From Halalkalibacterium halodurans (GTDB lineage: Bacteria > Bacillota > Bacilli > Bacillales > Bacillaceae_D): a stretch of DNA of 32,000 nt. The notes under the pieces are model-generated. The model made no database searches and was not told the DNA's origin. It saw only the letters and a list, made by a program, of their open reading frames with translations. The position numbers were made by a program, and so were the translations under genes. How positions within the stretch are numbered: the first letter of the stretch is position 1; each line of letters begins with the position of its first letter. Below, piece by piece: positions 1-8,738 of this stretch. The stretch spans positions 1 through 32,000 of the forward strand of contig NZ_SNUY01000035.1 of assembly GCF_004376175.1 (NCBI RefSeq). Reading direction: 5' to 3'.

Positions 1-150
1 TTTCTGGAATTGGGTCTATGGTAACCTCAATTATCTACAGAAATCAGGGGGTGGCAATTTTTTTGCTTATAAAGCCCTCTAACATAGGATTTAATAACCT
101 ATTTTTATATAAAGTTTTGACAATACGAATTAAAAGTAGGATGTGAATTT

Positions 151-342
151 ATGAGAAATAATATGATATTGCTTATTTCCGGTTCGATACTTCTACAAAT
201 CACTTTGTTGGTTAATATAATAATAAGAGAGCTTGCTAATGGACTTTCATCTATAAATCCTGTTCCGTGGTACGCCTATATTGTGCCTGCCCTTTTAATA
301 ATGATAAGTCTCATTAGAATTCTTAAGGTTACAGATATATAG
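151..342 (+). CDS. hypothetical small membrane protein (63 aa, two hydrophobic segments)
   Basis: ATG ORF with a weak SD-like AGGA about 9 nt upstream and two long hydrophobic stretches. A 12-bp-stem hairpin follows at 376-410. No family recognised, and the context is AT-rich. Confidence 0.3.
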   Translation: MRNNMILLISGSILLQITLLVNIIIRELANGLSSINPVPWYAYIVPALLIMISLIRILKVTDI

Positions 343-375
343 ACGAATGATGAACGTAGGTATAATCATGATGCG

Positions 376-410
376 AAGCTGCCTCAAAAATCTACCGATT
401 GAGGCAGCTT
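376..410 (+). terminator. hairpin (12-bp perfect stem aagctgcctcaa / ttgaggcagctt) between the small ORF and the convergent MATE gene
   Basis: Inverted repeat read directly. Only a weak T-rich tail (cttcttta) follows on the plus strand. Confidence 0.4.
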
Positions 411-553
411 CTTTACTGAACCTTTTAGACCCATTGACAAGTTTAACCCTCAACAAGATCAAAACTCTTTGACACGGGCTTTTATCGTTTAACAGCATTT
501 TTTATTTTTTTTGTACAGCTTTTCAACTCCATAGATGTCTAATCGCTACGTTA

Positions 554-1909
554 TTAAGCATAATGGTAAACGTTTCGATAATGAGTTAAAAAGATGATAC
601 AGACGAGCACAGATAGAATCTCTGCTAATGGAATCGCGAGCCAAATTCCCGTTACTCCTAAAATGGCTGGTAAGATCCATAACGATGCTAAGACAAAGAC
701 CAACGTCCGCAAAAATGATATAGCAGCTGAGATTTTTCCGTTTGAGAAGGCGGTAAATACCATGGATGAAAAAATGTTGAACCCCATAAACAGAAAGCTA
801 ATGCTAAAAATATTCAATCCTTCAATTGCTATTTTATAAACCGCACTTCCTTCAGGAGCCATAAACTGTATAAAATAAGCACCGAACATCATAGAAATTC
901 CGTACATCGTAACCGACCCTATCACAATAATAAGCAAGCTGTAGTTGAAAACACGCTTCAGTTGAGAACTGTTTTTACTCCCGTAATTATAGCTAATAAT
1001 CGGAGCCACCCCTGCCGAGTACCCCATGGATATCGAACTTAAAATAAACATGACATACAGCATAATCGTAATAGCTGCTACGCCGTCAACTCCTAAGTGT
1101 TTGATCATGAGAAGATTAAAAGCGAACGTTACGACAGAGGAAGCAAGATTCGATACCATTTCCGATGAACCATTTATACAGCTGTTGAGAAGAACCTTCC
1201 CATCTACTTTTGGTTTAACAAAATGAAGCCCGCTTTCTTTATTGTAGATAAAATACACGAACCCATAAGCCGCTGGAATAAATATCCCAATAGCTGTTGC
1301 AATTCCTGCACCTGCGATCCCCATCTGTAAGAGAACAATAAAGATGTAATCGAGAACAATATTAGCCACTCCTCCTGCAACCGTGATCGTTAGACCTAAA
1401 TTCGGTTTTCCAGCCGTCACAAAGAAATTTTGAAATAGCATTTGCAGAATCATGAACGGACTCGTGCAAAGAATGATCTTCGCGTAAGTGGACGTAAAGT
1501 CAAACAGTTCCTCTGTGGCCCCTGCCCCAAGCAATAGGAGAATCGGTTCCATCAACAGCAATCCAAACACCGTGATCACGAGGCCTAGTACAGCACCGCA
1601 AATGACAATAAACGTAAAGTTTACTTTTGCTTCCTCTTCGTTGTTTTCCCCAATTTTTTTTGCAATGATGGCATTCGCACCTGTACCTAGCATTAAAGCA
1701 AGGGCGATGATTAATCCATAGATCGGAAAGAATATATTAACGGCCGACAACGCCGTTGCACCGACATAACGGGCAATGAACATACCGTCCACCATTGTAT
1801 AGATCGACATAAATAACATCAGTGCCATTGTAGGCGCTGCGTATGCTAACAAGGTCAAAAGGTTAAACTTCTTCCCAAGTTGTTTTGACATTTCCATCGC
1901 GTGTTTCAT
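554..1909 (-). CDS. MATE-family multidrug/efflux transporter
   Basis: 451-aa polytopic membrane protein of typical MATE size and N-terminus (...AAPTMALMLFMSIYTMVDGMFIARYVGATALSAVN...). The exact start is ambiguous (M1, M5 or M7) because the SD GAGGGG abuts the first ATG. Confidence 0.85.
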   Translation of the reverse strand: MKHAMEMSKQLGKKFNLLTLLAYAAPTMALMLFMSIYTMVDGMFIARYVGATALSAVNIFFPIYGLIIALALMLGTGANAIIAKKIGENNEEEAKVNFTFIVICGAVLGLVITVFGLLLMEPILLLLGAGATEELFDFTSTYAKIILCTSPFMILQMLFQNFFVTAGKPNLGLTITVAGGVANIVLDYIFIVLLQMGIAGAGIATAIGIFIPAAYGFVYFIYNKESGLHFVKPKVDGKVLLNSCINGSSEMVSNLASSVVTFAFNLLMIKHLGVDGVAAITIMLYVMFILSSISMGYSAGVAPIISYNYGSKNSSQLKRVFNYSLLIIVIGSVTMYGISMMFGAYFIQFMAPEGSAVYKIAIEGLNIFSISFLFMGFNIFSSMVFTAFSNGKISAAISFLRTLVFVLASLWILPAILGVTGIWLAIPLAEILSVLVCIIFLTHYRNVYHYA

Positions 1910-1933
1910 CCCCTCGTTTAAGTTAACAATGGT

Positions 1934-1964
1934 ATACTAAGGTGTGGTGTAACACGATAGTCAA
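1934..1964 (-). promoter_or_regulatory. MerR-type promoter for the MATE gene: -35 TTGACT, 19-nt spacer, -10 TAGTAT, with a GTGT-T-ACAC palindrome in the spacer
   Basis: On the minus strand: TTGACT (1959-1964), a 19-nt spacer atcgtgttacaccacacct, then TAGTAT (1934-1939). Over-long 19-bp spacers with a dyad are the MerR-family hallmark. A plus-strand extended -10 (TGgTATACT, about 1930-1938) for the regulator overlaps it. Confidence 0.5.
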
Positions 1965-1977
1965 GAGGAGAATCTGA

Positions 1978-2796
1978 ATGAACATGAATCCACAAATCCA
2001 TTTAACAACAGGTCAGTTCGCCAAATTAATGGGCGTTAGCAAGGATACGCTGTTTCATTATGATAAAATTGGCATCTTTTCCCCTGAGATTACAGCCGAT
2101 AATGGGTATCGATACTATTCTGTTTACCAATCGGATGTTTTGTATGTCATTACCACGCTGAAAGAGTTAGACATGCCCTTAAAGGAAATAAAGACATACC
2201 TGGAAAAACGTTCACCAGAAGAATTGGTTCGTCTACTTGAGAAGGAAGCAGACCTACTCACAAAGAAAATCAATCGTCTTCAAAAAATGAAGCAATTGGT
2301 TTTAGAGAAATCACGGATTACACAAGAAGCGATGGCGATCGATCCGTCAGCCATCGTTTTTGAGGAAAAAGAGGAGGAGCGTTTGTTCGTAACAAAGGCC
2401 AAACCTTTAACAGACGAAAAAAACATTTATGATTCGATTTATCATCACTATCACTGCTTACAAGACAATCACATTGGTGTGACCCACTCGGCAGGATGGA
2501 TGATCGACACGAACAAGGTATATGCGGAAGATTACTTAAGCTATGATTACCTTTATACAAGGATAAACACATCAGACTATGCTAATTTTACAATTGAGAA
2601 AGGGACGTACTTGGTTGCTTACCATTCAGCAGGCTACTCTAGCATCGAACAATCCTATGATCGACTCATCACCTTTGCCAAAGAGCATGACCTCATCTTA
2701 AAAGGATTTTTTTATGAGGACATCTTGCTTGATGAGCTGTCCGTGAAAGGCTTTGAGAAGTACTTGATTAAGCTTTTTGTCAGAATAGATACATAG
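1978..2796 (+). CDS. MerR-family transcriptional regulator with a C-terminal GyrI-like/effector-binding domain (BmrR-like)
   Basis: N-terminal MerR HTH ([28 protein letters not shown]...NGYRYYS), a coiled-coil linker, and a roughly 150-aa C-terminal ligand domain. SD GAGGAG lies 7 nt upstream. The gene is divergent from the MATE pump. Confidence 0.85.
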   Translation: MNMNPQIHLTTGQFAKLMGVSKDTLFHYDKIGIFSPEITADNGYRYYSVYQSDVLYVITTLKELDMPLKEIKTYLEKRSPEELVRLLEKEADLLTKKINRLQKMKQLVLEKSRITQEAMAIDPSAIVFEEKEEERLFVTKAKPLTDEKNIYDSIYHHYHCLQDNHIGVTHSAGWMIDTNKVYAEDYLSYDYLYTRINTSDYANFTIEKGTYLVAYHSAGYSSIEQSYDRLITFAKEHDLILKGFFYEDILLDELSVKGFEKYLIKLFVRIDT

Positions 2797-3124
2797 TCGT
2801 TCTTAAAAACGTTTCAAGAGGTTCACTATATCAACAAAGGACCACTTTTTCTTCAGTGGAAAGGAATTCACTGGAAAGTAGAGGAGTGATCCTATAACAT
2901 AAGATTAAAATATCAATTCAAAGTAGAGTCATACGATTAACTTCCTCAAAAGAAGTAGAGTCGCTAACATCACCTGAGGACCTTGAAGATTATTTGACTT
3001 TTAAAGTGAAACCTTTATCGTTTAAAGCATTATCGAATAATCAAAGAATTATATAAGAACAATGAATAAAGGAACCTCCGTGTATTTTTTCCCTTTACTG
3101 TGCGAAAACATTTATTGTAGAACC

Positions 3125-3164
3125 CTAAAAAAGCACATCGGAGTCCTTACTCCAATGTGCTTTC
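3125..3164 (-). terminator. rho-independent terminator of the rpsF-ssb-rpsR operon
   Basis: Minus strand reads AAGCACATTGGAG-loop-CTCCGATGTGCTT followed by TTTTTT. Confidence 0.7.
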
Positions 3165-3172
3165 CTTTATCA

Positions 3173-3406
3173 TTAGTTGTTGTCAGTAACATATGGTAAC
3201 AACGCAATTTGACGTGCGCGCTTAATCGCTGTTGTCAATTGACGTTGGTATTTAGCCGATGTGCCTGTTACGCGGCGAGGAAGGATTTTTCCACGCTCAG
3301 AGACGAACTTTTTAAGAAGATCAACATCTTTGTAGTCGATTTTCTCGATTTTGTTCACTGTGAAGTAACACACTTTCCGGCGCTTTGGACGACCACGACG
3401 TGCCAT
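3173..3406 (-). CDS. rpsR: 30S ribosomal protein S18
   Basis: [15 protein letters not shown]...[26 protein letters not shown] is near-identical to Bacillus S18. The start was trimmed to the ATG at 3406 (SD AAAGGAG 8 nt upstream). The GTG start in the ORF track lies inside the SD. Confidence 0.97.
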   Translation of the reverse strand: MARRGRPKRRKVCYFTVNKIEKIDYKDVDLLKKFVSERGKILPRRVTGTSAKYQRQLTTAIKRARQIALLPYVTDNN

Positions 3407-3487
3407 GAGATCCACTCCTTTCGTTTTTTGTCAGGCGCGGTTGCCTGCGGCATCTATTCGTTCTTCATTTTCCTTCATGGAGAGGGG

Positions 3488-3994
3488 TTAGAATGGCAAA
3501 TCATCATCGGAAATATCGATTGGCTTGCCATCATTTGCAAACGGGTCTTCTGCGAAACCACCGGATTGACGTCCGGAGCCACCAGATTGTTGCCCGAAAT
3601 CATTACCGCCCATTGGGTTGTTAGGGGAGCCGCCACCAAAGTTGTCAACGTTTGATCCCCCTTGGCTTTGTGAGCCGCGCGGTTCAAGGAATTGAACGCT
3701 TTCTGCCATGACCTCTGTCACAAAGACTCTGCGGCCTTCATTGTTGTCATAACTGCGCGTTTGAATCCGACCATCAACACCAGCTAGACTTCCCTTTTTC
3801 AAATAGTTCGCCACGTTCTCCGCTTGCTTCCGCCAAACGACACAGTTAATGAAATCTGCTTCGCGCTCTCCTTGTTGGTTCGAGAACGGGCGGTTTACAG
3901 CAAGTGTAAAGTTTGCTACAGCAACACCGTTTGGCGTGTAGCGCAACTCTGGATCACGTGTCAACCGACCGACTAGGACGACACGATTTAACAT
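3488..3994 (-). CDS. ssb: single-stranded DNA-binding protein
   Basis: [35 protein letters not shown]... is an OB fold, followed by a Gly-rich tail and the C-terminal DDDLPF tip. The start was trimmed to the ATG at 3994 (SD GGGAGGGG). Confidence 0.97.
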   Translation of the reverse strand: MLNRVVLVGRLTRDPELRYTPNGVAVANFTLAVNRPFSNQQGEREADFINCVVWRKQAENVANYLKKGSLAGVDGRIQTRSYDNNEGRRVFVTEVMAESVQFLEPRGSQSQGGSNVDNFGGGSPNNPMGGNDFGQQSGGSGRQSGGFAEDPFANDGKPIDISDDDLPF

Positions 3995-4019
3995 GAAGGA
4001 CCCCTCCCACAATCATTCT

Positions 4020-4307
4020 TTATTCTTCATCTTTTGTAATCAATACGCGGATAACGTTATCGTTGATCTTGATCAAACGATTGAATTCCGCAATCGCATC
4101 AGCATCTGCTTTAACGTTGAGCAATACATAGTATCCTTCACGGAACTTGTTGATCTCATACGCAAGGCGACGCTTCCCCATTTCTTCAACCTTTTCGATT
4201 TCTGCACCTTGGTTCGTCAAAACGCCGTTAAAGCGCTCGATGATTTCCTTGTTTGCAGCCTCTTCAAGGTTTGGGGCAATGATGTACATGATTTCGTACT
4301 TACGCAT
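4020..4307 (-). CDS. rpsF: 30S ribosomal protein S6
   Basis: [17 protein letters not shown]...YYVLLNV is the canonical S6 sequence, and the gene is syntenic with ssb and rpsR. Confidence 0.97.
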   Translation of the reverse strand: MRKYEIMYIIAPNLEEAANKEIIERFNGVLTNQGAEIEKVEEMGKRRLAYEINKFREGYYVLLNVKADADAIAEFNRLIKINDNVIRVLITKDEE

Positions 4308-4393
4308 TCTTGTCCACCTCCTTTTGGTCTAAACGGCTCCAGTTTAGGAGCAAGGAGCAACCTCTACCAATTGGTATAGTGATTTACTCGCAT
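4308..4393 (-). promoter_or_regulatory. rpsF 5' leader, a candidate S6:S18 autoregulatory leader
   Basis: About 85-nt leader between the promoter and the ATG. It contains hairpins CUAUACCAAUUGGUAGAG and GCUCC-UAAACU-GGAGC followed by CCG. S6:S18-binding leaders are described upstream of rpsF in many bacteria. I cannot run a covariance model. Confidence 0.35.
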
Positions 4394-4399
4394 TATTAG

Positions 4400-4428
4400 A
4401 TTATAACAGAACGACTAGTTGAACACAA
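4400..4428 (-). promoter_or_regulatory. sigma-A type promoter of the rpsF-ssb-rpsR operon
   Basis: Minus strand reads TTGTGT, a 17-nt spacer, then TATAAT preceded by TGt (extended -10). Confidence 0.6.
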
Positions 4429-4531
4429 GAATATTTCCTACAGCTACGCGTTTCGAAGTGTCTCTCTGTTTCGCCTGTAAACAAATTATACCATTTATTC
4501 TCCTCTGTGTACAGAACATATATTCGCTTTT

Positions 4532-4570
4532 TTTTAAAAAATAAAATCCTCGCGTTCAAGCAAGGATTTT
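4532..4570 (-). terminator. terminator downstream of ychF
   Basis: Minus strand reads AAAATCCTTG...CGAGGATTTT, a hairpin followed by ATTTTTT. Confidence 0.6.
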
Positions 4571-4580
4571 ACTCTTTTCG

Positions 4581-5681
4581 TTATACATTAAAGCGGAAGT
4601 GGATCACATCGCCATCCTGAACCACATACTCTTTCCCTTCAAGGCGGACCTTTCCGCGCTCTTTTGCTACCGCCATCGAGCCTGCCTCCACAAGGTCGTT
4701 ATAGGATACCGTTTCAGCACGAATAAAGCCTTTTTCAAAGTCACTATGAATGATACCAGCGGCTTGTGGCGCTTTTGTTCCTTTGCGGAATGTCCATGCA
4801 CGCACCTCTTGCTCACCGGCTGTGAAGTATGTTTGTAGGCCAAGAAGCGAGTAGGCGGCGCGGATTAATTGATCTAAGCCAGACTCTTGAATCCCTAGTT
4901 CTTCTAGGAACATCGCCTTTTCTTCCCCGTCGAGCTCGGCAATCTCTTCTTCAATTTTCGCTGATACGACAATCACTTCACTGTTTTCTTCAGCGGCAAA
5001 GGCTTTTACTTTTTGCACAAACGGATTGTCGTCAGGGCTTAAAACGTCATCCTCACTGACATTGGCGACGTACAAAACTGGCTTGCTCGTTAGCAAGTGC
5101 AAACCTTTGACGATTTTTTGTTGTTCTTCGGTGAACTCAATGCTGCGTGCAGGCTTTTCGTTTTCAAATGCATCTTTTAGCTTTTCGAGCACTTCCAGCT
5201 CTGCAACCGCCTCTTTATCCTTCGTCTTCGCTAGTTTTTGTACGCGGGAAAAGCGTTTGTCTACCGATTCAAGATCCGCTAAGATCAACTCTAAATTAAT
5301 AACAGAAATATCGCGAATCGGGTCGACGCTTCCTGATACGTGGGTAATGTTCTCATCATCGAAGCAACGCACAACATGAGAAATGGCGTCCACTTGGCGA
5401 ATGTGAGAAAGGAATTGGTTTCCTAATCCTTCTCCTTTGCTCGCCCCTTCGACAATTCCAGCAATGTCAGTAAATTCAAAGGCTGTCGGGACCGTTTTCT
5501 TCGGATTGACGAGCTCGGTCAGCTTTTGCAAACGAGGATCGGGCACTTCCACAATTCCTACGTTCGGGTCAATCGTACAAAATGGATAGTTGGCTGACTC
5601 AGCACCAGCCTGTGTAATTGCATTAAACAATGTGGATTTTCCTACGTTCGGTAATCCAACGATACCTGTTGTTAAGGCCAT
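4581..5681 (-). CDS. ychF: redox-regulated ribosome-binding ATPase YchF
   Basis: MALTTGIVGLPNVGKSTLFNAIT is the P-loop, and the C-terminal TGS-like end is ...VQDGDVIHFRFNV. The start was trimmed to the ATG at 5681, giving 366 aa as in Bacillus YchF. Confidence 0.95.
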   Translation of the reverse strand: MALTTGIVGLPNVGKSTLFNAITQAGAESANYPFCTIDPNVGIVEVPDPRLQKLTELVNPKKTVPTAFEFTDIAGIVEGASKGEGLGNQFLSHIRQVDAISHVVRCFDDENITHVSGSVDPIRDISVINLELILADLESVDKRFSRVQKLAKTKDKEAVAELEVLEKLKDAFENEKPARSIEFTEEQQKIVKGLHLLTSKPVLYVANVSEDDVLSPDDNPFVQKVKAFAAEENSEVIVVSAKIEEEIAELDGEEKAMFLEELGIQESGLDQLIRAAYSLLGLQTYFTAGEQEVRAWTFRKGTKAPQAAGIIHSDFEKGFIRAETVSYNDLVEAGSMAVAKERGKVRLEGKEYVVQDGDVIHFRFNV

Positions 5682-5852
5682 GGAACGGCTCACTTCCTTT
5701 ATTTAAAAAATTGCTTGATCTCCATATTGACATCCATTCCAATTATAGAGACAACCCTTGAGAAAAACAACTACTTCTACAAGAGATACAATGGGAAACA
5801 CTTCACTTGAATGTACATCCGGCCAGTATTGATTTCCAACAGTTTTTAAGTG

Positions 5853-5888
5853 CAAAAAAGGCAATGTCGACTAGTTGTCGAGATTGCC
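5853..5888 (-). terminator. terminator downstream of the DUF951 gene
   Basis: Minus strand reads GGCAATCTCGAC-loop-GTCGACATTGCC followed by TTTTTTGC. Confidence 0.6.
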
Positions 5889-6086
5889 CTAAGATTCTGA
5901 AGCGCGCTCCAATACTCGCTTTAGCTTTTTTGTAAATTCCTTTCGAGGGAGGAGGACGCTATGTCCACAGCCGAGACATTTCATTCGGATATCCATTCCC
6001 ATCCGAATAATCTTCCAGCGATTTTCACCACAAGGGTGCGGCTTTTTCATTTCCACGACATCGTGAAGATCGAATTCCTTTTCCAA
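5889..6086 (-). CDS. yyzM: DUF951-family small protein (YyzM-like, Cys-rich)
   Basis: The motifs VEMKKPHPCG.NRWKIIRMGMDIR.KC.GC.HSV match my recollection of B. subtilis YyzM. The start was trimmed to the TTG at 6086 (SD AAAGGAGG 7 nt upstream). Confidence 0.8.
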   Translation of the reverse strand: MEKEFDLHDVVEMKKPHPCGENRWKIIRMGMDIRMKCLGCGHSVLLPRKEFTKKLKRVLERASES

Positions 6087-6181
6087 CTTACGGCCTCCTT
6101 TTCTCACGTTTCAACTCTCATAGATGAATAGTATTATACATGATTCGAAAAAGAAAAGGAAAAGAGATTTCCCTTCGTTCC

Positions 6182-7207
6182 TTATGACCGCTGCACGAGC
6201 CTATGGTGAAAAATCGGATAGAGAAGAATCGCTGCAAACACATAAAGATTTAAGATACCGTACAGCGGATACAATACGGCGATAAGCGTAGAAAATCCAA
6301 ACGTGGTTAATGGCACCATAAAGCCTAGCAAGGTTAACGCAAGGAGCCAGCTTGGCCAATTTAAAACCGCTCCCATTCTTGAAGACAATCCGAAAATCCC
6401 AGCTGCCGCCGTCGTGTAAATGGCAAGCCATAATAAGCCCGACATGACGAGAACCATGTAGTATGGGTAATGCTTCATAATGGCAAACAGAGGAATCTCA
6501 TAGACGACGAGATCACCTGCTACTTGAATGAGAGATTCATTGTATAAAAACGAAATCGCCCCAAGAATGAGGCCACTGCCGATACTCGCCACCCAAATTT
6601 CCCCCTGGTGACGAATGCGGTGGCCGACCGCCCCCAACACAGCCACAAGAGGCAAAATATTTAAAGCTGTAAACGTTAGAGCACTTGGCCAATTGCCTTG
6701 CTGGGTAAAATCAATCGTAATCGGGAAGCCAAGAAGGGACTGAAAGACGAAAAGGACACCTAACAAACAAAAGATCAAAATTGGAATAATGATCGCGTTC
6801 ATCGTCGTCATTCCTTCACTTCCGCGTAAAAATAACAAGACCACCATCATCATTAAAATGAACACTCCACCCCAATACGGGATATGAATGACTTCTAAAG
6901 TCGCTCCCCCACCAGCGAGCATGACAACAGTCGTTGTAAACAAGTAGAGAAAAATCATACCATCATAAAGCTTTGCCACCTTTTTTCCCATTAAAGCATG
7001 CAAAATCGGTATGTAATGGGTGGATTGTTGGTTATAGCTAATCGTCATAATCACAGCACAGCATACCGAGAATAATACGGCAAACAATCCAATAGCCAGT
7101 CCACTTTCAGGGCCAAAAAATTGCCAAAGCTCCCGGCCAGAAGCATATCCTGCGCCAATCATAGTTCCGATAATGAGAAACATCCATTTACACCCGTTCA
7201 CCCACAT
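6182..7207 (-). CDS. YkvI/YyaD-family polytopic membrane protein
   Basis: 341-aa multi-TM protein with the N-terminal motif IGTMIGAGYASGRELWQFFG typical of the YkvI family. It occupies the position of yyaD in the B. subtilis origin region. Confidence 0.75.
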   Translation of the reverse strand: MWVNGCKWMFLIIGTMIGAGYASGRELWQFFGPESGLAIGLFAVLFSVCCAVIMTISYNQQSTHYIPILHALMGKKVAKLYDGMIFLYLFTTTVVMLAGGGATLEVIHIPYWGGVFILMMMVVLLFLRGSEGMTTMNAIIIPILIFCLLGVLFVFQSLLGFPITIDFTQQGNWPSALTFTALNILPLVAVLGAVGHRIRHQGEIWVASIGSGLILGAISFLYNESLIQVAGDLVVYEIPLFAIMKHYPYYMVLVMSGLLWLAIYTTAAAGIFGLSSRMGAVLNWPSWLLALTLLGFMVPLTTFGFSTLIAVLYPLYGILNLYVFAAILLYPIFHHRLVQRS

Positions 7208-7306
7208 AGCTCGCTCGCTCCTTACTGTGCTCGTAATAAAAGTTCAACGTATAGAAAGGAAAATATATCCGTATACTGTTACTACTATGGCAAAGGAGCT
7301 TGCATT

Positions 7307-7957
7307 ATGAATGGAAACCGATTCTTCTCAAAAAAGCCACCTCCGTTCCGCGTTCATATGGACGACCCACAAGCAAGTGATCAGCTGGTGGAGCAGTTAC
7401 TCACTCATGTTTCTTCCTATCGGCACCGCGAGCTCGTCATTGTCTGCATCGGCACCGATCGTTCGACTGGAGATGCTCTCGGACCGATTGTCGGGACAGC
7501 ATTAGCGAAAGAAAGCTTAAACTGCTTTCATGTGTACGGTACGTTAGCCGATCCTGTTCATGCTGTTAATCTAGAAGAAAAACTAAAATTGATTGAAAAA
7601 AAGCACCGACGGCCATTTATTATCGCCATCGATGCTTGTCTTGGGAAACTAAGTAGTGTCGGGAAAGTTTCTCTTGCAGCTGGGCCCGTGCAGCCAGGAG
7701 CAGCCGTCAATAAAAAGCTCCCAGCAGTAGGAGATGTCCACTTGACAGGGATTGTGAATATCGGTGGTATGATGGAATATTTCGTCCTGCAAAACACAAG
7801 ACTGCATACTGTCATGCAGTTGGCTGACACGATTTCATCTTCCTTGGTAAAACTAGATCAACAGTTCATCAAGCTAACCGAAAAACAGCGAAAGTCTCAG
7901 ACAATTCTTCAATCCCTCGGGCTCTCATTTCAAGCTGGCAAAACGGAGAGTCAATAG
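7307..7957 (+). CDS. yyaC: spore protease YyaC (GPR-like)
   Basis: The motif VIVCIGTDRSTGDALGPIVG...IIAIDACLG is characteristic of YyaC. The start was trimmed to the ATG at 7307 (SD AAAGGAG 8 nt upstream). The upstream part of the track ORF overlaps the divergent neighbour. Confidence 0.85.
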   Translation: MNGNRFFSKKPPPFRVHMDDPQASDQLVEQLLTHVSSYRHRELVIVCIGTDRSTGDALGPIVGTALAKESLNCFHVYGTLADPVHAVNLEEKLKLIEKKHRRPFIIAIDACLGKLSSVGKVSLAAGPVQPGAAVNKKLPAVGDVHLTGIVNIGGMMEYFVLQNTRLHTVMQLADTISSSLVKLDQQFIKLTEKQRKSQTILQSLGLSFQAGKTESQ

Positions 7958-8001
7958 TGAAACGTAAACGCCTTCCGTATGTGGGAGGTGTTTTCTTTAT
8001 C

Positions 8002-8712
8002 CTAAAACGGGAAACCTTTATAGACGAACGTAACAAGGACGGCGACGATGACAAGACTCGGCAATAAATTAGCCACCCTAATGTTGACGACGTTTAACAA
8101 ATTCAAGCCAATGGCCACGATCATCACTCCACCTGTAGCGCTCATCTCCGTTATAAAGGAGTCCATCAAGGCGGTAGGAACGTATTGATCGATTTGACTC
8201 GCAAACAAGGCAATGCTTCCTTGGTACAACACGACAGGGATCGCTGAAAAGAGAACACCGATCCCTAATGTTGAAGTAAAGAGAATCGCTAAAAATCCAT
8301 CAAGCAAAGCTTTCGTCAATAAAACGGAATGGTCGCCGCGCAAGCCACTATCTAATGCTCCGAGCACAGCCATAGCCCCAACAACATAAATAAGGGTTGT
8401 CGTGACAAAGGCCGTTGCGATGGAGCCATCCTTTTTACCACCAACCTTCCTCTCAATCCAGCGCCCAAGGTGGTCTAGCCTTTTTTCAAGATTAAGTATT
8501 TCTCCAATGACCCCACCGATAACCAAGCTACAGATGACGATCAGAAATTGTTCCGTCTGAAGGCCCATTTTTACGCCGAGGAGAACGATGGCTAAACCGA
8601 TCGCCTGCATCACTGTTGTCTTTACTCGCTCGGGAATGTTTTTCACAAGCAACCCAATAAGTGCAGCAATCACAATTGCTGCACCGTTAACCACCGTTCC
8701 GATAAGTACCAT
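8002..8712 (-). CDS. DUF554-family membrane protein (YdfK/YqgA-like)
   Basis: 236-aa hydrophobic protein starting MVLIGTVVNGAAIVIAALIGLLVK, which resembles DUF554 proteins. SD GGGGAG lies 8 nt upstream. Confidence 0.75.
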   Translation of the reverse strand: MVLIGTVVNGAAIVIAALIGLLVKNIPERVKTTVMQAIGLAIVLLGVKMGLQTEQFLIVICSLVIGGVIGEILNLEKRLDHLGRWIERKVGGKKDGSIATAFVTTTLIYVVGAMAVLGALDSGLRGDHSVLLTKALLDGFLAILFTSTLGIGVLFSAIPVVLYQGSIALFASQIDQYVPTALMDSFITEMSATGGVMIVAIGLNLLNVVNIRVANLLPSLVIVAVLVTFVYKGFPF

Positions 8713-8738
8713 TTTTGTTTCTCCCCATTTCTTTCTCT

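Noticed and set aside
1-146. An open frame running in from the left window edge (…SGIGSMVTSIIYRNQGVAIFLLIK…), possibly the C-terminus of a membrane protein.
   Set aside because: It is only about 47 codons long, AT-rich and without a recognisable motif. It cannot be distinguished from non-coding sequence without upstream context.
361-366. A perfect TATAAT hexamer just upstream of the 376-410 hairpin, suggesting a tiny hairpin-only transcript.
   Set aside because: There is no acceptable -35 element at 16-18 nt spacing. In AT-rich DNA this is likely chance.
2898-3056. 52-codon open frame with no start codon (…EVESLTSPEDLEDYLTFKVKPLSFKALSNNQRII*) in the 330-bp non-coding gap between the MerR gene and the rpsR terminator. 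Short agtagag repeats lie nearby.
   Set aside because: No ATG/GTG/TTG start with an SD and no recognisable family. It could be a gene remnant, but that cannot be supported without a BLASTX search.
7121-7306. Long N-terminal extensions of track ORFs: yyaC from 7121, ssb from 4012, rpsR from 3415, ychF from 5693, noc from 12640, yidC from 19055 and DUF951 from 6107.
   Set aside because: The extensions overlap SD sequences or neighbouring genes. Internal starts with proper SD spacing reproduce the known N-termini of the families.
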